Shown here: positions 31,373 to 32,000 of the stretch, one piece after another | Layout: each line of letters starts with the position of its first letter | Position numbering within the stretch: the stretch's first letter is position 1 | The notes under the pieces: model-generated | Told to the model about the DNA's origin: nothing | Databases searched by the model: none | What the model saw: the letters and a program-made list of their open reading frames with translations, nothing else | DNA from: Okeania sp. SIO2C9 | GTDB lineage: Bacteria > Cyanobacteriota > Cyanobacteriia > Cyanobacteriales > Microcoleaceae | DNA length: 32,000 nt | Direction: 5' to 3' | Assembly: GCF_010672455.1 (NCBI RefSeq) | Contig: NZ_JAAHGO010000007.1 | Coordinates: forward strand, 306,659 to 338,658 | Program-made: the position numbers and the translations under genes

Positions 31373-31562
31373 TAATGAATAATGAATAATTACCTCTCTA
31401 TGAATTGAAGAGGATTGACAAATTCATGAAAATTTTTCTTCACAGGAGTCGATTGGATATGGCTCCGAGACCTCGCCATCCCACCCAACGGGGAAGCTGC
31501 GAAGATCGACCGCTTATTATCCCCTTAAAAGGGGAGGCGCATACCCACAATTTTTCGGTAAA
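31373..31562 (+). repeat. Repeat element family B, long form with internal 'ggatatggctccgagacctcgccatcc' module
   Basis: 'aataattacctctctatgaattgaagaggattgac...cacaggagtcgattggatatggctccgagacctcgccatcccaccc...gcttattatccccttaaaaggggaggcgcatacccacaatttttcggtaaa'. Confidence 0.7.
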
Positions 31563-31608
31563 AAATGTTCCATCTTCAACCATTACCAAATATTTCTAGA
31601 TATCCCCA

Positions 31609-31668
31609 TCTCCCTATCTCCCCTACTCCCCTACTCCCCTACTCCCCTACTCCCCTACTCCCCTACTC
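31609..31668. repeat. Octanucleotide tandem repeat (CTACTCCC)n
   Basis: About seven consecutive 'ctactccc' units. Confidence 0.95.
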
Positions 31669-31821
31669 ACCATCTAATTACACTGATGCTACCGGATTTG
31701 ATATTAGGGGTGGGTATCCACACTCCCTATCAATTATTCTCTAGTGAGAATAAATTAACCCTGCCCTCCGAGGGAGCTACACTATCGGATAATTTAGTTA
31801 TAATAAAATTTGTGTTTGTTT

Positions 31822-31874
31822 GTAGTTGGACTTTAGCCCTAATATAAGTATTGTCAGGGCTAAAGCCCAACTAC
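31822..31874. repeat. Long inverted repeat/hairpin
   Basis: GTAGTTGGACTTTAGCCCT ... AGGGCTAAAGCCCAACTAC: 19-nt arms with one mismatch and a 15-nt loop. Confidence 0.85.
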
Positions 31875-32000
31875 GAAGCCCTACTATCAAAATAATATGA
31901 GTCTGGCAACCCCGCCTTTTAAGGCGATCGGGTTTTTGGAGCGGGGCTTAAATCCCCTAATTCCCCTCCACGGTCGGGGGAGGGGCTAGGGGTGGGTTAA

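Noticed and set aside
31609-31668. Possible CRISPR repeat block at the end of the window
   Set aside because: Contiguous 8-bp units without spacers.
1-32000. tRNA or rRNA genes
   Set aside because: No cloverleaf or conserved rRNA stretch recognised by eye; a tRNAscan-SE/barrnap run would be decisive.

Overview
AT-rich, sparsely coding window from a filamentous cyanobacterium-like genome (taxon is an inference). Largely intact genes: the C-terminal part of an ABC1/UbiB-type kinase, a NagX/HGSNAT-like membrane protein, a response regulator-GAF-GGDEF protein, LL-diaminopimelate aminotransferase, a Panacea-type toxin-antitoxin pair, a ferritin-like protein, dephospho-CoA kinase, and a very large two-partner-secretion/filamentous-haemagglutinin-CHAT protease fusion. 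Several other genes are broken, and their original architecture can be read through the breaks. The two strongest observations are: (1) 2017-4009, a decayed single gene that reassembles into CARF - HEPN-like (RNDIAH) - mCpol (minimal CRISPR polymerase, FDGD...AEGDN...TIGYGKTLPEVALAMRLSKAKGGG), interrupted by two different small repeat elements and at least one A6 frameshift; (2) 18997-20357, a C5-cytosine methyltransferase whose motif X (QYNQIGNAVPPLLAKAI) is out of frame behind a perfect (GGAA)8 tract, so a gain of one 4-nt or one 7-nt repeat unit would restore one continuous ORF. That is a candidate phase-variable methyltransferase, next to a Bpu10I-like nuclease (itself split by a repeat element) and a Panacea toxin-antitoxin pair. 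Two neighbouring genes (a deacetylase-phosphodiester glycosidase and a metallophosphoesterase) each carry a single in-frame TAA with coding sequence clearly continuing on the other side. Decayed tandem copies of the phosphoesterase 3' end follow that gene.
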